This document shows, in pieces, positions 1 through 9,844 of a stretch of DNA of 64,000 nucleotides. The notes under the pieces were generated by a model. It had not been told where the DNA came from. It worked only from the letters and a program-made list of their open reading frames with translations, and did not search any database. The position numbers and the translations under genes were made by a program. Positions within the stretch are counted from its first letter, which is position 1. The number at the start of each line of letters is the position of its first letter. Source of the DNA: an uncultured Planctomycetaceae bacterium (GTDB lineage: Bacteria; Planctomycetota; Phycisphaerae; SM23-33); contig CAZSLS010000004.1 in assembly GCA_964607575.1 (NCBI GenBank), positions 22,960-86,959 of the forward strand. Reading direction: 5' to 3'.

Positions 1-1077
1 GCGGCGCCAGCCGACAAGAAGTCCAACTACGAACTGAGAAATCCGCTGAATCGCAATCGCGTCCTGAAGAGGCTCGGCGGAAGCGACGAGACCGAAAAGG
101 CCATCAGACTCTCGCTCGACTGGTTCACGCGAACCCAGGAGCCCGAGGGACACTGGGACGCCTCGAAGCACAAGGGCGGTAAAGGGCACGATAACGCCTC
201 CACCGGTTTTGCCATGCTCTGCTACTTCGGTTGGGGCGCCAAGCACACCGAGAAGGGCCCATACCAGAAACCCATGACCAAGGCCGTCCAATGGCTGATC
301 AAGCGCGTCGGCGAAGACGGAGACTTGACCGCCGGGAACTCTCAGGGCATGTACGACCAGGGTATCGCGACGATGGCGCTGGCTGAAGCGTACGGAATGA
401 CTAAAGACCCCGCGCTGCTCGACCCGCTTCGGCGAGCGGTGGGTTTCATTATCCGCGCCCAGAACAAGGAAGGCGGATGGCGGTACAAGTATAAATCCAG
501 GGACAGCGACACGTCGGTGGTCGGGTGGCAGGTGATGGCCCTGACCAGCGCCCGGATGTCCGGCCTGAGGCTGCCCGAGGAGCCCTTCACCATGGCACGC
601 AAGTACCTCGACAGCGTGTCAAGCGGGAAAAGCGGCGGCAGGTACAGCTACCAGGGCAACAAGAACGCGACGCCGACGATGACCGCCGAAGCCATGTTCT
701 GTCAGCAGATCATGGGTGTCCGCCCGACCCAGCCCCGGATGATAGAGTCTGCGGAACTGATGAAGATAAACCTGCCCCAGAAAGGCAGGCCCAATTACTA
801 CTACTGGTACTACGGCTGCCTGTCGATGTTCCAGCACCAGGGCCCGATCTGGGAACTCTGGAACAAGCAGATGAAGAAGTCGCTTCTGGAGATGCAGATC
901 CGCCAAGGCGACGATATCGGTAGTTGGGAGCCCAAGGGTCAGTGGACCTCCGGAAAGGGTGGGCGCGTGATGTCTACGGCGATGGCCACCTTGTCGCTGG
1001 AAGTCTACTACCGCTACCTGCCGATGTACTCGCGACCGAAAGTAAAAGACCCGACTCCGAACGCCAAGAAGCCCTGA
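1..1077 (+). CDS. Prenyltransferase/squalene oxidase repeat protein (5'-truncated by the window edge)
   Basis: The frame of ORF 214..1077 is open from base 1 (AAPADKKSNYELRNP...EKAIRLSLDWFTRTQEPEGHW). Contains repeated QxxxGGW motifs (AQNKEGGWRY, SDTSVVGWQVMAL, YYWYYG, GGRVMSTAMATLSLEVYYRYLP) typical of planctomycete alpha/alpha-barrel prenyltransferase-like proteins. Confidence 0.8.
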   Translation, partial: AAPADKKSNYELRNPLNRNRVLKRLGGSDETEKAIRLSLDWFTRTQEPEGHWDASKHKGGKGHDNASTGFAMLCYFGWGAKHTEKGPYQKPMTKAVQWLIKRVGEDGDLTAGNSQGMYDQGIATMALAEAYGMTKDPALLDPLRRAVGFIIRAQNKEGGWRYKYKSRDSDTSVVGWQVMALTSARMSGLRLPEEPFTMARKYLDSVSSGKSGGRYSYQGNKNATPTMTAEAMFCQQIMGVRPTQPRMIESAELMKINLPQKGRPNYYYWYYGCLSMFQHQGPIWELWNKQMKKSLLEMQIRQGDDIGSWEPKGQWTSGKGGRVMSTAMATLSLEVYYRYLPMYSRPKVKDPTPNAKKP

Positions 1078-1300
1078 GACCGATCGTTGCGGCGTAGATT
1101 ACGTCCTTGCCCGCGGGCCATTTCGACGGTACCACGGTAGCTCCGGTCCCGGCGCCGGTTCCGGCGATTCCGTGACCGGTCAGTAGTCGGTGCGTTCAGT
1201 GACAACCACCCGCCTCTTGCCCCCGACATCCCGCAGCACGAAGATCAGCGCGCTGTCGGCGTCTCCGTTTTTTACGAGGCGAGCGAAAAAAGGATGCTCC

Positions 1301-1330
1301 CGTAACATGAGCGTAACATACAGTAGTTAC
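1301..1330 (+). promoter_or_regulatory. Candidate OmpR-family binding site: direct repeat CGTAACAT-N3-CGTAACAT plus an inverted GTTAC
   Basis: Two perfect 8-mers at 1301-1308 and 1312-1319 (11-bp period), about 65 bp upstream of an operon that encodes an OmpR-family regulator. Confidence 0.55.
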
Positions 1331-1385
1331 AATTCCTTTCAATGGTGACCGGCAAACGGTTACCTTAGCACGAAAGGACCATGCC

Positions 1386-3644
1386 ATGAAACGCAGAACA
1401 TTCTTCCTCCTGGCCGCAATGGCGATGCTCGCCCCGCAGACCGCTCGGGCCGAATCGCCCGCGCTGCTCCTGGAAAAAGGCGTCTTCGCGGAGGAGACCA
1501 AAGGCGACATCGACGCGGCGATAAAGATCTACAAACAAATCCTTGACGACGCTCAGGCCAACCGCAAATACGTCGCCCGAGCGTACTATCGCCTGGGGAC
1601 GTGTCTTCTGAAGAAGAAGCAGTACATCCAAGCGGAGACCATTTTCCGCAAGCTTATCGCGGACTTCCCGAAAGACGCGAAGCTCGTCGCCCGGGCTCGA
1701 GAACAACTCCGCCAGGCCAGGAGCAGAATCACCGGCACGGAGCTTTCGAAGATCGTCACCCAGGCCGTTATGACCATCTCCACCTGCGCAGAGACCGATC
1801 CTCGCGTCAAGGGCGCCCTGGAGTTGCTGTCCGGGCTGAACGAACCGGCCGTCGTCAAAGAATTGACGAAGCACTTTGCCTCGGAGAAGAACACGGTCCG
1901 TCGCTCGGCGATCTATATCCTGTGGAAGGGCGATTTCTCGAAAATAACGCCGGCCGAAACGGGCCTGACGAAACTCTGCAAGCACAAAGAGGGTATGACT
2001 CGCGGTATGGCCGCCCTGACACTCGGCGCCCGGAAGATCAATTCCAGCTTGCAGGTCTTGTGCGACATGGCGCTGAAAGACCAGAGCCCTTACGCCCGCC
2101 GGTGTGCAGCTTACGCCCTGGGTTTGATGGGGAACCCCGACGCTCGCCCCGTCCTCGAAAAGGCGCTGAAGGACAAGAACGAATTCGTCAGCAACAACGC
2201 AGAAGCTGCCATGACCATGCTGAATGCGCAGGCGCGGCTACCGGCGGACGTGATGGGATACATGGTGGATATCCACATGGGGGACTACAAGAAGTCACAA
2301 GCCAAAGGCCAGCGAGTTAATTCGCATATCTACGGTGTCGACGACCAATTCAACCTGCATTTCGGTGGGCTGATAGCCGTCAAAAACGAGACCGACAAGG
2401 TTATCAATGACGAAATCACGGTAGGCAATTTCGGTTATACCGACTTTGAAGTCATGAACGAAACCGGGGCTCTGCAAAAGATCCGGTTCGTGGACCGCAA
2501 GACCGCCACTGGCGGCAGGTATCGTCTCATGTGGACGCCGGACAAACCGCTCAAATCGGGCCAGGTGCGACTGCTGGGTTGGAAGAAGACAACGACAAGA
2601 AAGCTGACCAAGGTGACGGGCGACTTTCAACTGACAATGAAGAACCACTTCGGTGCGCAGGTGCTGGAGAGTTTCTTCCTGGTCCTTCCACCCAACGTCA
2701 CGATTACCAGGAAATCAACGGACTACGTTTCACTCAAGAGAGTCGGTTCCTTCGACGTATATCATTGGCAGCGAACAGTTCCGGTCAAAACGACTAACGT
2801 TGTAGAGCTTGTTCTCAAGAAAGGGTCCGGCGGTCCAGCGGACCCACTGGTCAAGCTGGCGTGGTATCTGTGGAACCAACGCAAACTCAAAGAGTCCGAA
2901 AAACTCTTCAGGCAGGCGGTCGAGAAAGATCCGAAGAGTTCAGACGCATGGAACGGGCTGGGTTGGGCGCTGCAGAACCAGGGCAAATCCGAAGCCGTCA
3001 GAGCATTCAAAAAGTGCCTCGCGCTGGACTCCAAGAACGCCGGGGCGCTTAACGGGATGGGCTGGATCGCCAAGCAGGAGGGAAGAGAAGACCACGCCAT
3101 AGGATGGTGGCAGAAGGCGGTAATGGCCAATCCGCAAACTACCGCCGCCCTGAGGGGCCTGACGACGACCTTCATGGCCCGAGGGCAGTACCATCAGGCG
3201 GCGGTCTGTTATGCTGCGTGGGTGAAGGTCGATCCGAACAACAAGAAGCTTAAAACCGAAATGGACGATGCACTGGCCAAAGCGAAAGTCGCCCTTGCCG
3301 AGAGCAAGAAGGCCGTCGCGGCGGCCGAGAAGTGGTTAGCGCTGCTCGATGAAGGAAAGTACGCCGAAAGCTGGGACGAATCGGCCGGGTTCTTCCGAAA
3401 GTCCGTCGCGAGAACAAAATGGGCCGCTACGATGAAAGATCTCCGCACCCCGCTGGGCAAGGTCAAGTCCCGCACAAAGCAGGAAGCCGACTATCGGACC
3501 TCATTGCCCGGAGCCCCGGATGGCGAGTATGTCGTGATCATGTTCAAGACGACCTTCGCCAACAAGGCAGGCGCGATCGAGACCGTGACGCCAGTGAAAG
3601 GCAAAGATGGAAAATGGCGCGTTTCGGGATACTATATCAAGTGA
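1386..3644 (+). CDS. Exported TPR + HEAT repeat protein with C-terminal DUF4019-like domain
   Basis: Signal peptide (MKRRTFFLLAAMAMLAPQTARA); TPR motifs (ARAYYRLG, DAWNGLGWAL, ALNGMGW); HEAT repeats (ARRCAAYALGLMG); C-terminal AAEKWLALLDEGKYAESW...LPGAPDGEYVVIMFKTTF...WRVSGYYIK. SD-like AAAGGA upstream. Confidence 0.8.
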   Translation: MKRRTFFLLAAMAMLAPQTARAESPALLLEKGVFAEETKGDIDAAIKIYKQILDDAQANRKYVARAYYRLGTCLLKKKQYIQAETIFRKLIADFPKDAKLVARAREQLRQARSRITGTELSKIVTQAVMTISTCAETDPRVKGALELLSGLNEPAVVKELTKHFASEKNTVRRSAIYILWKGDFSKITPAETGLTKLCKHKEGMTRGMAALTLGARKINSSLQVLCDMALKDQSPYARRCAAYALGLMGNPDARPVLEKALKDKNEFVSNNAEAAMTMLNAQARLPADVMGYMVDIHMGDYKKSQAKGQRVNSHIYGVDDQFNLHFGGLIAVKNETDKVINDEITVGNFGYTDFEVMNETGALQKIRFVDRKTATGGRYRLMWTPDKPLKSGQVRLLGWKKTTTRKLTKVTGDFQLTMKNHFGAQVLESFFLVLPPNVTITRKSTDYVSLKRVGSFDVYHWQRTVPVKTTNVVELVLKKGSGGPADPLVKLAWYLWNQRKLKESEKLFRQAVEKDPKSSDAWNGLGWALQNQGKSEAVRAFKKCLALDSKNAGALNGMGWIAKQEGREDHAIGWWQKAVMANPQTTAALRGLTTTFMARGQYHQAAVCYAAWVKVDPNNKKLKTEMDDALAKAKVALAESKKAVAAAEKWLALLDEGKYAESWDESAGFFRKSVARTKWAATMKDLRTPLGKVKSRTKQEADYRTSLPGAPDGEYVVIMFKTTFANKAGAIETVTPVKGKDGKWRVSGYYIK

Positions 3645-3704
3645 ACCCGGACGATTTGCAGGATCCGATAACATGAACCAGCAGGACCTGGCGAGAGAAG
3701 TTGA

Positions 3705-5702
3705 ATGGTACGCTCGGTGACAACAACGAGCCCCGAGGGCCCATCGGGTGTCGGGACGATGGTGATTATGGTTGTGTTGGCTGCGATCGTACCGGCTGGA
3801 TGCGTCCTGTGGTTTCTGGGTGCGGCCATGGAAAACCAGCAGTTGGCCGTTCGACAACGCCTCTCGGATGTCTACCGCAGCCAGTTCGACGCTCGCAAGA
3901 ACAGCCTCCGATCATTCTGGAAAGGGGTCGATCAGAAACTGGAGCAGGCCCAAAAACTGGATGACGTGGGGGAGATATACAAGCTGCTGATTACCAGCGA
4001 AATATGCAGCGCGATCGTGGTCTACGACGAGTCCGGAGAGGTACTCTATCCCACCCCGCTGAGGCCCTCGCCTCCCGGCGATCGCGCCGAAGGGGGTCTG
4101 TGGGACAAGGCTCGCCAGTGTGAACATGACTTGAAGAATATCGCCGCTGCCGAAATATACGCGGATATCGCAACGCGGACCGAGAACACCGGTCTCGCCG
4201 CCCGCGCGATGCAGGCGCAGATACGCTGCCTGGTACGGGCCGGGCGAACCGGTGATGCGATCGACATCGTCACCGGACCGTTGAGCGAATCGAAGTACAA
4301 CGACGCGCTCGACGTCAACGGGCGACTGATCGTGCCACCCGCCCAAATCCTCGCCCTGCAGCTCGGCGGTGACAAGCTGGCCCCGGAGGTGTCAGATCAC
4401 CTGATCCGCCGGCTCGTCAGACGTTTGTGGGATGACGAGGATACGATCGTACCGTCGGTCCAGCGGCTGTTCCTGATCGATGCGCTGCGGGCAATCAAGC
4501 CCGATGCGGGATCGATGGAATCCGACGGTGATGCTGCGATGCGGGCGTACCGTCTCGATCGCGCCCAGGTCTGCGCCGAGCGCTATCTGGACGCCAACGG
4601 TCAAGCAGTCTCGCAAGAAGTTTCCCACACCGGCGTCGGTAAACTGTGGGCGGCGGCCTCGTCGGACCGGCGGATCGTGGCGGTTTTTACCGATTCGCTG
4701 GAAAACGTTTTCCGGGATACGTGCGATACCCTGCCGACGATTCACGGGGCGGGACTTGATATTCGTTACGATCCGACCGGCGAGGGAGACCCGCGTGCAT
4801 TCCTGTCGGAGTCCGTCGGAAAGCACATGCCCGGATGGCGGATATCCCTGTTCCTGCAAGAACCCGATCCGTTCCAGGCCGCCGCCAACAGGCAGCGAAC
4901 GATCTATTTCATCATCGCCGGAGTCGCGATCGCTCTGATCGTGGCGCTGGCCGGAGGCGTGGCGCGATACCTCGGGCGCCAGATGAAACTCACGCGACTC
5001 AAGAACGATCTGATCGCCACCGTTTCGCACGAACTCAAAACGCCTCTGGCCTCGATCCGCGTCCTGATAGACACCCTGGTAGCCGGACGCCTCGACGACC
5101 AGGCCCAAGTCGACGAATACCTGCAACTCATCGCCAGGGAGAACCTCCGCCTCTCCCGCCTCATCGATAACTTCCTTACATTCTCGCGCATGGAACGCCG
5201 CAAATGTGCCTTTGACTTCGACGAAGTTCAGGTCGCCGACCTCATAGATGAAGCGATCGAATCGACCGGCGACCGGTTCACCGGCGAGCCCGGATGCCTC
5301 GAGGTCGACATCGACAGTGACCTGCCGGCCGTGCGCGGTGACAGCGACGCCCTGGTCACGGTGATCCTGAACCTGCTGGACAACGCCTGGAAGTACTCCG
5401 GCGACGATCGAGAAATACGCCTCAAGGCCTTCGCGCGCGGGCGAAGGGTCTGCATCAAAATAATCGATAACGGTATAGGTATGTCGCCCAGGACCGTCAG
5501 GCGGATATTTAACAGATTCTACCAGGCCGACCGAACGCTGAAGCGATCCGCCGGCGGATGCGGACTGGGCCTGAGCATCGTCAAATTCATTCTCGATGCG
5601 CACGGCGCCTCTATTGACGTTGTCAGCCGCCCCGGCGCAGGCAGCACTTTTATCGTTAAACTCCCCGCCCGGCCCCGGCTGGCAAGTGAGCAACGGGACT
5701 GA
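3705..5702 (+). CDS. Membrane sensor histidine kinase
   Basis: Two TM segments flank a large periplasmic domain; H-box VSHELKTPL; N-box NLLDNAWKYS; G boxes DNGIGM and GCGLGLSIVK. Confidence 0.93.
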   Translation: MVRSVTTTSPEGPSGVGTMVIMVVLAAIVPAGCVLWFLGAAMENQQLAVRQRLSDVYRSQFDARKNSLRSFWKGVDQKLEQAQKLDDVGEIYKLLITSEICSAIVVYDESGEVLYPTPLRPSPPGDRAEGGLWDKARQCEHDLKNIAAAEIYADIATRTENTGLAARAMQAQIRCLVRAGRTGDAIDIVTGPLSESKYNDALDVNGRLIVPPAQILALQLGGDKLAPEVSDHLIRRLVRRLWDDEDTIVPSVQRLFLIDALRAIKPDAGSMESDGDAAMRAYRLDRAQVCAERYLDANGQAVSQEVSHTGVGKLWAAASSDRRIVAVFTDSLENVFRDTCDTLPTIHGAGLDIRYDPTGEGDPRAFLSESVGKHMPGWRISLFLQEPDPFQAAANRQRTIYFIIAGVAIALIVALAGGVARYLGRQMKLTRLKNDLIATVSHELKTPLASIRVLIDTLVAGRLDDQAQVDEYLQLIARENLRLSRLIDNFLTFSRMERRKCAFDFDEVQVADLIDEAIESTGDRFTGEPGCLEVDIDSDLPAVRGDSDALVTVILNLLDNAWKYSGDDREIRLKAFARGRRVCIKIIDNGIGMSPRTVRRIFNRFYQADRTLKRSAGGCGLGLSIVKFILDAHGASIDVVSRPGAGSTFIVKLPARPRLASEQRD

Positions 5703-5705
5703 CAC

Positions 5706-6401
5706 GTGAACGCGGAAACCGTATTGATTATCGAAGACGAGCCCGCTCTGCTGCGGGGCCTGAGCGACAACTTCAGGTTCGAAGGGTATACCGTCCGCAC
5801 CGCTGACGACGGCGAGAAAGGCTTGTGCGCCGCGCTCGATTCGGGGCTCGACCTGATCATCCTGGACATAATGCTGCCGAAGATCAACGGATACGAAATC
5901 TGCCGCCGCATCCGTGCAGAAGGCTTGGAGACGCCGATTATTATGCTGACAGCCAAGGGGCAGGAGTCAGATATCCTGCTGGGGCTGAATCTCGGCGCCG
6001 ACGACTACGTCACCAAACCGTTCAGCATCAAGGAACTCCTCGCTCGGGCAAACGCCTTCCTGCGCCGCCGGCGCACCGCGACGCCGGATGTCTACAGTTT
6101 CGGAGATTGTGCCCTCGACATGTCAGCCGACCGGTTGGTCCGCGGCGGGGCGGAAGTTCCGCTGACGCCCAAGGAATCCGGTCTGCTGAAATTCATGCTA
6201 TCGCAGGCCGGACGAGCCCTCACCCGCGACGAGATACTCCGGCGCGTCTGGGGATACGACGTGTTCGTGACCGCCAGGAGCATCGACCGCTGCGTAAACA
6301 CGCTCCGCAAAAAGATCGAACCGGACCCCGCCCGCCCGACGTTCATAAAAACCATCCGAGAAATCGGCTACCGATTCGAAATACCAGAAGATCAGGACTG
6401 A
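5706..6401 (+). CDS. OmpR/PhoB-family response regulator
   Basis: REC domain (IIEDE, LDIMLP, MLTAK, GADDYVTKPF) plus winged helix (LTPKE, RSIDRCVNTLRKKIE, IKTIREIGYRF). Confidence 0.95.
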   Translation: MNAETVLIIEDEPALLRGLSDNFRFEGYTVRTADDGEKGLCAALDSGLDLIILDIMLPKINGYEICRRIRAEGLETPIIMLTAKGQESDILLGLNLGADDYVTKPFSIKELLARANAFLRRRRTATPDVYSFGDCALDMSADRLVRGGAEVPLTPKESGLLKFMLSQAGRALTRDEILRRVWGYDVFVTARSIDRCVNTLRKKIEPDPARPTFIKTIREIGYRFEIPEDQD

Positions 6402-6420
6402 GAGAACCTCAAAGGGCCTT

Positions 6421-6744
6421 ATGAATTCAAAATCGAGACCTGAGTGGATCAAGTGGGTAAGGCGTGCATTCTTGTTGATTGTAGTGATAGTCATCATTGC
6501 GTCGAAACGCTTTGACCTGCAGGACAGGGCGGTGTTCCTTTCATATGCCTCCGGCTGTTTCATTGCTGTGGCGGTTCTCGTTAGCGTGGTGACCATAGTC
6601 GTGTTTTCGTTGGCTGTTGTGCGGGAGTGGCGGATGCCTTCAGGTCGCAGAGTCTTCTGGCGGCGTCTGCTCTTAATCCTGGCGCTAATTGCGATAAATA
6701 TCTGGGGAGTGTGGTTAATGCTGCGTTGCTTTAGGCTCATCTGA
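6421..6744 (+). CDS. Small membrane protein (about 3 TM), function unknown
   Basis: 107-aa ORF with three hydrophobic stretches, directly after the response regulator; lower GC than its neighbours. Confidence 0.5.
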   Translation: MNSKSRPEWIKWVRRAFLLIVVIVIIASKRFDLQDRAVFLSYASGCFIAVAVLVSVVTIVVFSLAVVREWRMPSGRRVFWRRLLLILALIAINIWGVWLMLRCFRLI

Positions 6745-7199
6745 AACATGGGCGGATCGTGGGTTGCCAGCGAGCGCCGTCGCACGTGAGTTCAATGGAG
6801 AAGGCATGGAATCCGCCCTTAAGTGGCGGGTAAAGGAGATTCACACTGACCTTGCGGGCGTCCGTAATGATCGCCTGAGGGGTCAGAACGTCTGGCAAGA
6901 AGAAAGGGGCGGCGAGTATCTAATATCCAGCAAGGAATTTCCGATGATCAAGTGAACGGCGATCCTTCGATCCCTTCGACAAAACTCTCTTCGACTCGCT
7001 ACGCGACTTCCTTGCCATTAACCGCGCCAGCGTGTAACTTTTTTTTTTAGTGTTTTTACCGGCCGTAACTGATGCTCGCCATGGGGATAACGTTACAAAA
7101 GGAGGGAATCAGGCCCCGAAAGCATCAGAAGTGAAGCATCTTGTCCTCGTAGAAGGTTTCAGAGATGATACAATAGTAATAGAGATGCAAAGGCCACGA

Positions 7200-7269
7200 C
7201 AGGTTCTAAGTGCTGGATTCTAGGTTCTAGGGTTAAACCTGACACCTAAAACCTAGACTCTAGAACCTG
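7200..7269. repeat. Inverted array of degenerate heptamers forming a hairpin
   Basis: AGGTTCT-AAGTGCT-GGATTCT-AGGTTCT-AGGGTT followed by AAACCT-GACACCT-AAAACCT-AGACTCT-AGAACCT; the outer CAGGTTCTA and TAGAACCTG are complementary. Confidence 0.6.
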
Positions 7270-7276
7270 CCCCTTA

Positions 7277-7374
7277 CGCACACGCTGTAAACGCCGGTCG
7301 CTAGGACCGGCTACACGTATGCGACTCTACCAGACCCCGCCGGTGGGCGGACTGGTGTGGCAAGAAGCAAGAGT
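7277..7374 (+). promoter_or_regulatory. Candidate structured leader RNA upstream of phosphomannomutase
   Basis: Nested stem CGCACACG/CGTATGCG, TGTA/TACA, GCCGGTC-GCTAG-GACCGGC; a second stem ACTCT/AGAGT encloses ACCAG/CTGGT and CCGCC/GGCGG. Confidence 0.4.
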
Positions 7375-7590
7375 TTACAAGTGAATATGGGTTTTAGGGG
7401 CGGGTGGGCGATGTGCGCGCATTGCGGCCGCGGCGGGATTGAAACTGCCCCTTGTTTTCGCCTCCGCGCTCTGGGCGCCTGAAATTTAGATGCGATTGCC
7501 CCGCAGAGCGGGGCTGACAGGCATCTTCTCTGACGTTACACTCTGGGGGATGGCGAATTGCTCTCATCCAACGAGTACGAGGTAAGACCA

Positions 7591-9075
7591 ATGTCCGAAA
7601 CGACAATTCGAGTTGATGAGTTGATGGAGTCCAGCGGCGTGAAGTTCGGGACCAGTGGGGCTCGCGGGCTGGCTGTGGCGATGACTGATGAGGTTTGTTA
7701 CGTTTATACGGCTGCTTTTTTGCAGCATCTGGCGGTCGAGGGCATGATCTTGCCGGGCAGCTCGGTGGCGATCGCCGGCGACTTGCGGTCTAGTACGGAT
7801 CGGATAATGGCCGCGGCGGGGCGGGCGGTTAGCGATATGGGTTACACGCCGATCAATACCGGCAAGTTGCCCTCGCCGGCGGTGGCGAGTTTCGGTATGG
7901 TCAAGGGTATCCCAACGGTGATGGTCACCGGTAGCCACATCCCCGACGATCGCAATGGTATCAAGTACAACCGCAGCGATGGCGAGATTATGAAAACCGA
8001 CGAAGCGGGGATCAAAGCACAAGAGCTCACGTTCGGTTCGGACCTGTTCAATGACGATGGGATGTTGGCGGCGCCTTTCGAACTGCCGGCGATTTCGACA
8101 GAGGCTGCGGAGTTGTACGTCGGGCGGTACGTGGACTTCTTCGGGACCGACGCCCTGGCGGGCAGGTCGATCGGGGTGTACGGGCACTCGAGCGTGGGGC
8201 GGGAGTTGATCTGCGAGATATTCACCGGTCTGGGGGCCGATGTGACGAAGCTGGGCTTTTCCGATACGTTTATCGCGGTCGATACCGAAGCGATCCGCCC
8301 GGAGGATGTCGAACTGGCCAGCCGGTGGGCGGGCGAGAACGACTTCCACGCGATAGTCTCCGCCGACGGGGATACCGATCGCCCGCTGATCAGCGACGAA
8401 TCGGGCCAGTGGCTTCGCGGTGATGTGTTGGGGATTCTGTGTGCGTCGTATCTCGGCGCCGATGTGGTGGTCACGCCGGTGAGCTGCAATAGCGCAGTGG
8501 AGAAGTGCGGGCGGTTCGGGCGCGTGATTCGCACGCGTATCGGCTCGCCGTACGTCATCGCCGGGATGGTCGAAGCGTCGACCGCCGGTGGTCAGTGCGT
8601 GGTCGGGTACGAGGCCAACGGTGGATTCCTGACCAACTCGGACATTTCGCGCGACGGGAAGACTCTGATTGCGCTGCCCACGCGTGACGCGGTGCTGCCG
8701 ATGGTGTGCATCATCCTGCTGTCGATCCGCGAGGGCAAAACGATATCTGAGCTGCTGGGCGATCTACCGCAGCGGTTCACCGCGTCCAACCGCCTGAAGG
8801 AGTTCCCGATCGCGACTTCGCAGGCGAAGCTGGCGGAGTTTACCGTCGGTGGGGCGGGAGCTTTTGAAGCCGCGTTTGGGCATTTGTGCGGGACGGTCAC
8901 GGACATCGACGATACCGACGGGCTCCGCGTGACGTTCGACAACGCCGAAGTGATCCACCTGCGACCCTCGGGCAACGCACCCGAATTCCGCTGCTACAAC
9001 GAAACCGACACGCCCGAGCGGGCGGAGGAACTCAACGAAGCCTGCCTGGCGGCGATGGAAGCCTGGCGTAACTAA
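7591..9075 (+). CDS. manB: Phosphomannomutase (alpha-D-phosphohexomutase)
   Basis: KFGTSGARG, catalytic TGSHIP, metal loop DGDTDRP, sugar loop GYEANGG and C-terminal HLRPSGNAPE. ATG at 7591 is preceded by GAGGT. Confidence 0.9.
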   Translation: MSETTIRVDELMESSGVKFGTSGARGLAVAMTDEVCYVYTAAFLQHLAVEGMILPGSSVAIAGDLRSSTDRIMAAAGRAVSDMGYTPINTGKLPSPAVASFGMVKGIPTVMVTGSHIPDDRNGIKYNRSDGEIMKTDEAGIKAQELTFGSDLFNDDGMLAAPFELPAISTEAAELYVGRYVDFFGTDALAGRSIGVYGHSSVGRELICEIFTGLGADVTKLGFSDTFIAVDTEAIRPEDVELASRWAGENDFHAIVSADGDTDRPLISDESGQWLRGDVLGILCASYLGADVVVTPVSCNSAVEKCGRFGRVIRTRIGSPYVIAGMVEASTAGGQCVVGYEANGGFLTNSDISRDGKTLIALPTRDAVLPMVCIILLSIREGKTISELLGDLPQRFTASNRLKEFPIATSQAKLAEFTVGGAGAFEAAFGHLCGTVTDIDDTDGLRVTFDNAEVIHLRPSGNAPEFRCYNETDTPERAEELNEACLAAMEAWRN

Positions 9076-9091
9076 CATTGGAGCAAGTACC

Positions 9092-9772
9092 ATGAAACGG
9101 ACAACACTTACCACCGCCATCGTAATACTGGGCATGTCCCTGGGATGCGCCAAGCCGCCCAGCATTACCTCCCTGGCGGTCGGACAGGAGGTCGAACTCT
9201 TCAACGGGCGTGACCTGACCGGTTGGAACATTCTGACCAAGGAATACTTCGACATGCCGGGGAAGGTCAGCGTCAAAGACGGTGCGATGATACTGGGCTC
9301 TGGAAGCGAGCTCACCGGCGTGCAGTGGGGCGGTGAGATGCTCAGAACCGACTTCACCGTGTCGCTGGAGGCCAGGAGAGTCGACGGCTCGGACTTCTTC
9401 TGCGGGTTGACATTTCCGGTTGGAAAAGGCTATGTGAGCCTGATTCTCGGCGGTTGGGGCGGGATGGTTGTGGGCCTGTCGAACGTAGACGACATGGCTG
9501 CAAACGAAAACGCAACGACCCAGGCGATCGAGTTCGTCAAGAACAAGTGGTACTCCATAGAAGTCACCGTGAGCGAGGGGTATGTCCGCGTGTGGCTTGA
9601 TGACGAGAAGATCATCGAGCAGGTTATCAAGGGCAAGCGGTTCGATATCTGGCCGCAGCAGGAACTGCTCCGCCCGTTGGGTGTCTCGACGTATTGTACG
9701 GTCGGCGCCATCCGACGCTTCGCCGTCAAACGCCTTGTCCCGTCCGAGGTGAACTTGAAAGTCGACGAGTGA
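9092..9772 (+). CDS. DUF1080 (3-keto-disaccharide hydrolase-like) lipoprotein
   Basis: Lipobox SLGC; LFNGRDLTGW; LEARRVDGSDFFCGLTFPV; LGGWGGMVVGLS. Confidence 0.8.
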   Translation: MKRTTLTTAIVILGMSLGCAKPPSITSLAVGQEVELFNGRDLTGWNILTKEYFDMPGKVSVKDGAMILGSGSELTGVQWGGEMLRTDFTVSLEARRVDGSDFFCGLTFPVGKGYVSLILGGWGGMVVGLSNVDDMAANENATTQAIEFVKNKWYSIEVTVSEGYVRVWLDDEKIIEQVIKGKRFDIWPQQELLRPLGVSTYCTVGAIRRFAVKRLVPSEVNLKVDE

Positions 9773-9783
9773 GTCTCACGTAA

Positions 9784-9820
9784 TAAAAACGCCGGCGGCA
9801 ACCAGGTGGTCGCCGCCAGC
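9784..9820 (-). terminator. Probable intrinsic terminator between convergent genes
   Basis: GGCGGCAACC-AGGT-GGTCGCCGCC hairpin with an adjacent A-tract (U-tract on the minus strand). Confidence 0.5.
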
Positions 9821-9844
9821 TGGGGCATTCGTAAGTCTGAAGGA

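Noticed and set aside
4392-5705. 437-aa minus-strand ORF, and similar long antisense ORFs at 20754..22172, 36321..37802 and 57355..58608
   Set aside because: Each lies antisense to a well-supported gene and shows no domain motifs.
6764-7010. 63-aa ORF and CTTCGA repeats as a gene or REP element
   Set aside because: The ORF has a TTG start, no SD and no motif. The three CTTCGA copies do not form a clean palindrome, and I found no other copies in the window.
7180-7215. GCAAAGGCC...GGTTCTAAG as a c-di-GMP-I riboswitch
   Set aside because: The GGCAAAC/GAAA-tetraloop P2 stem is missing, and the sequence is better explained by the heptamer palindrome.
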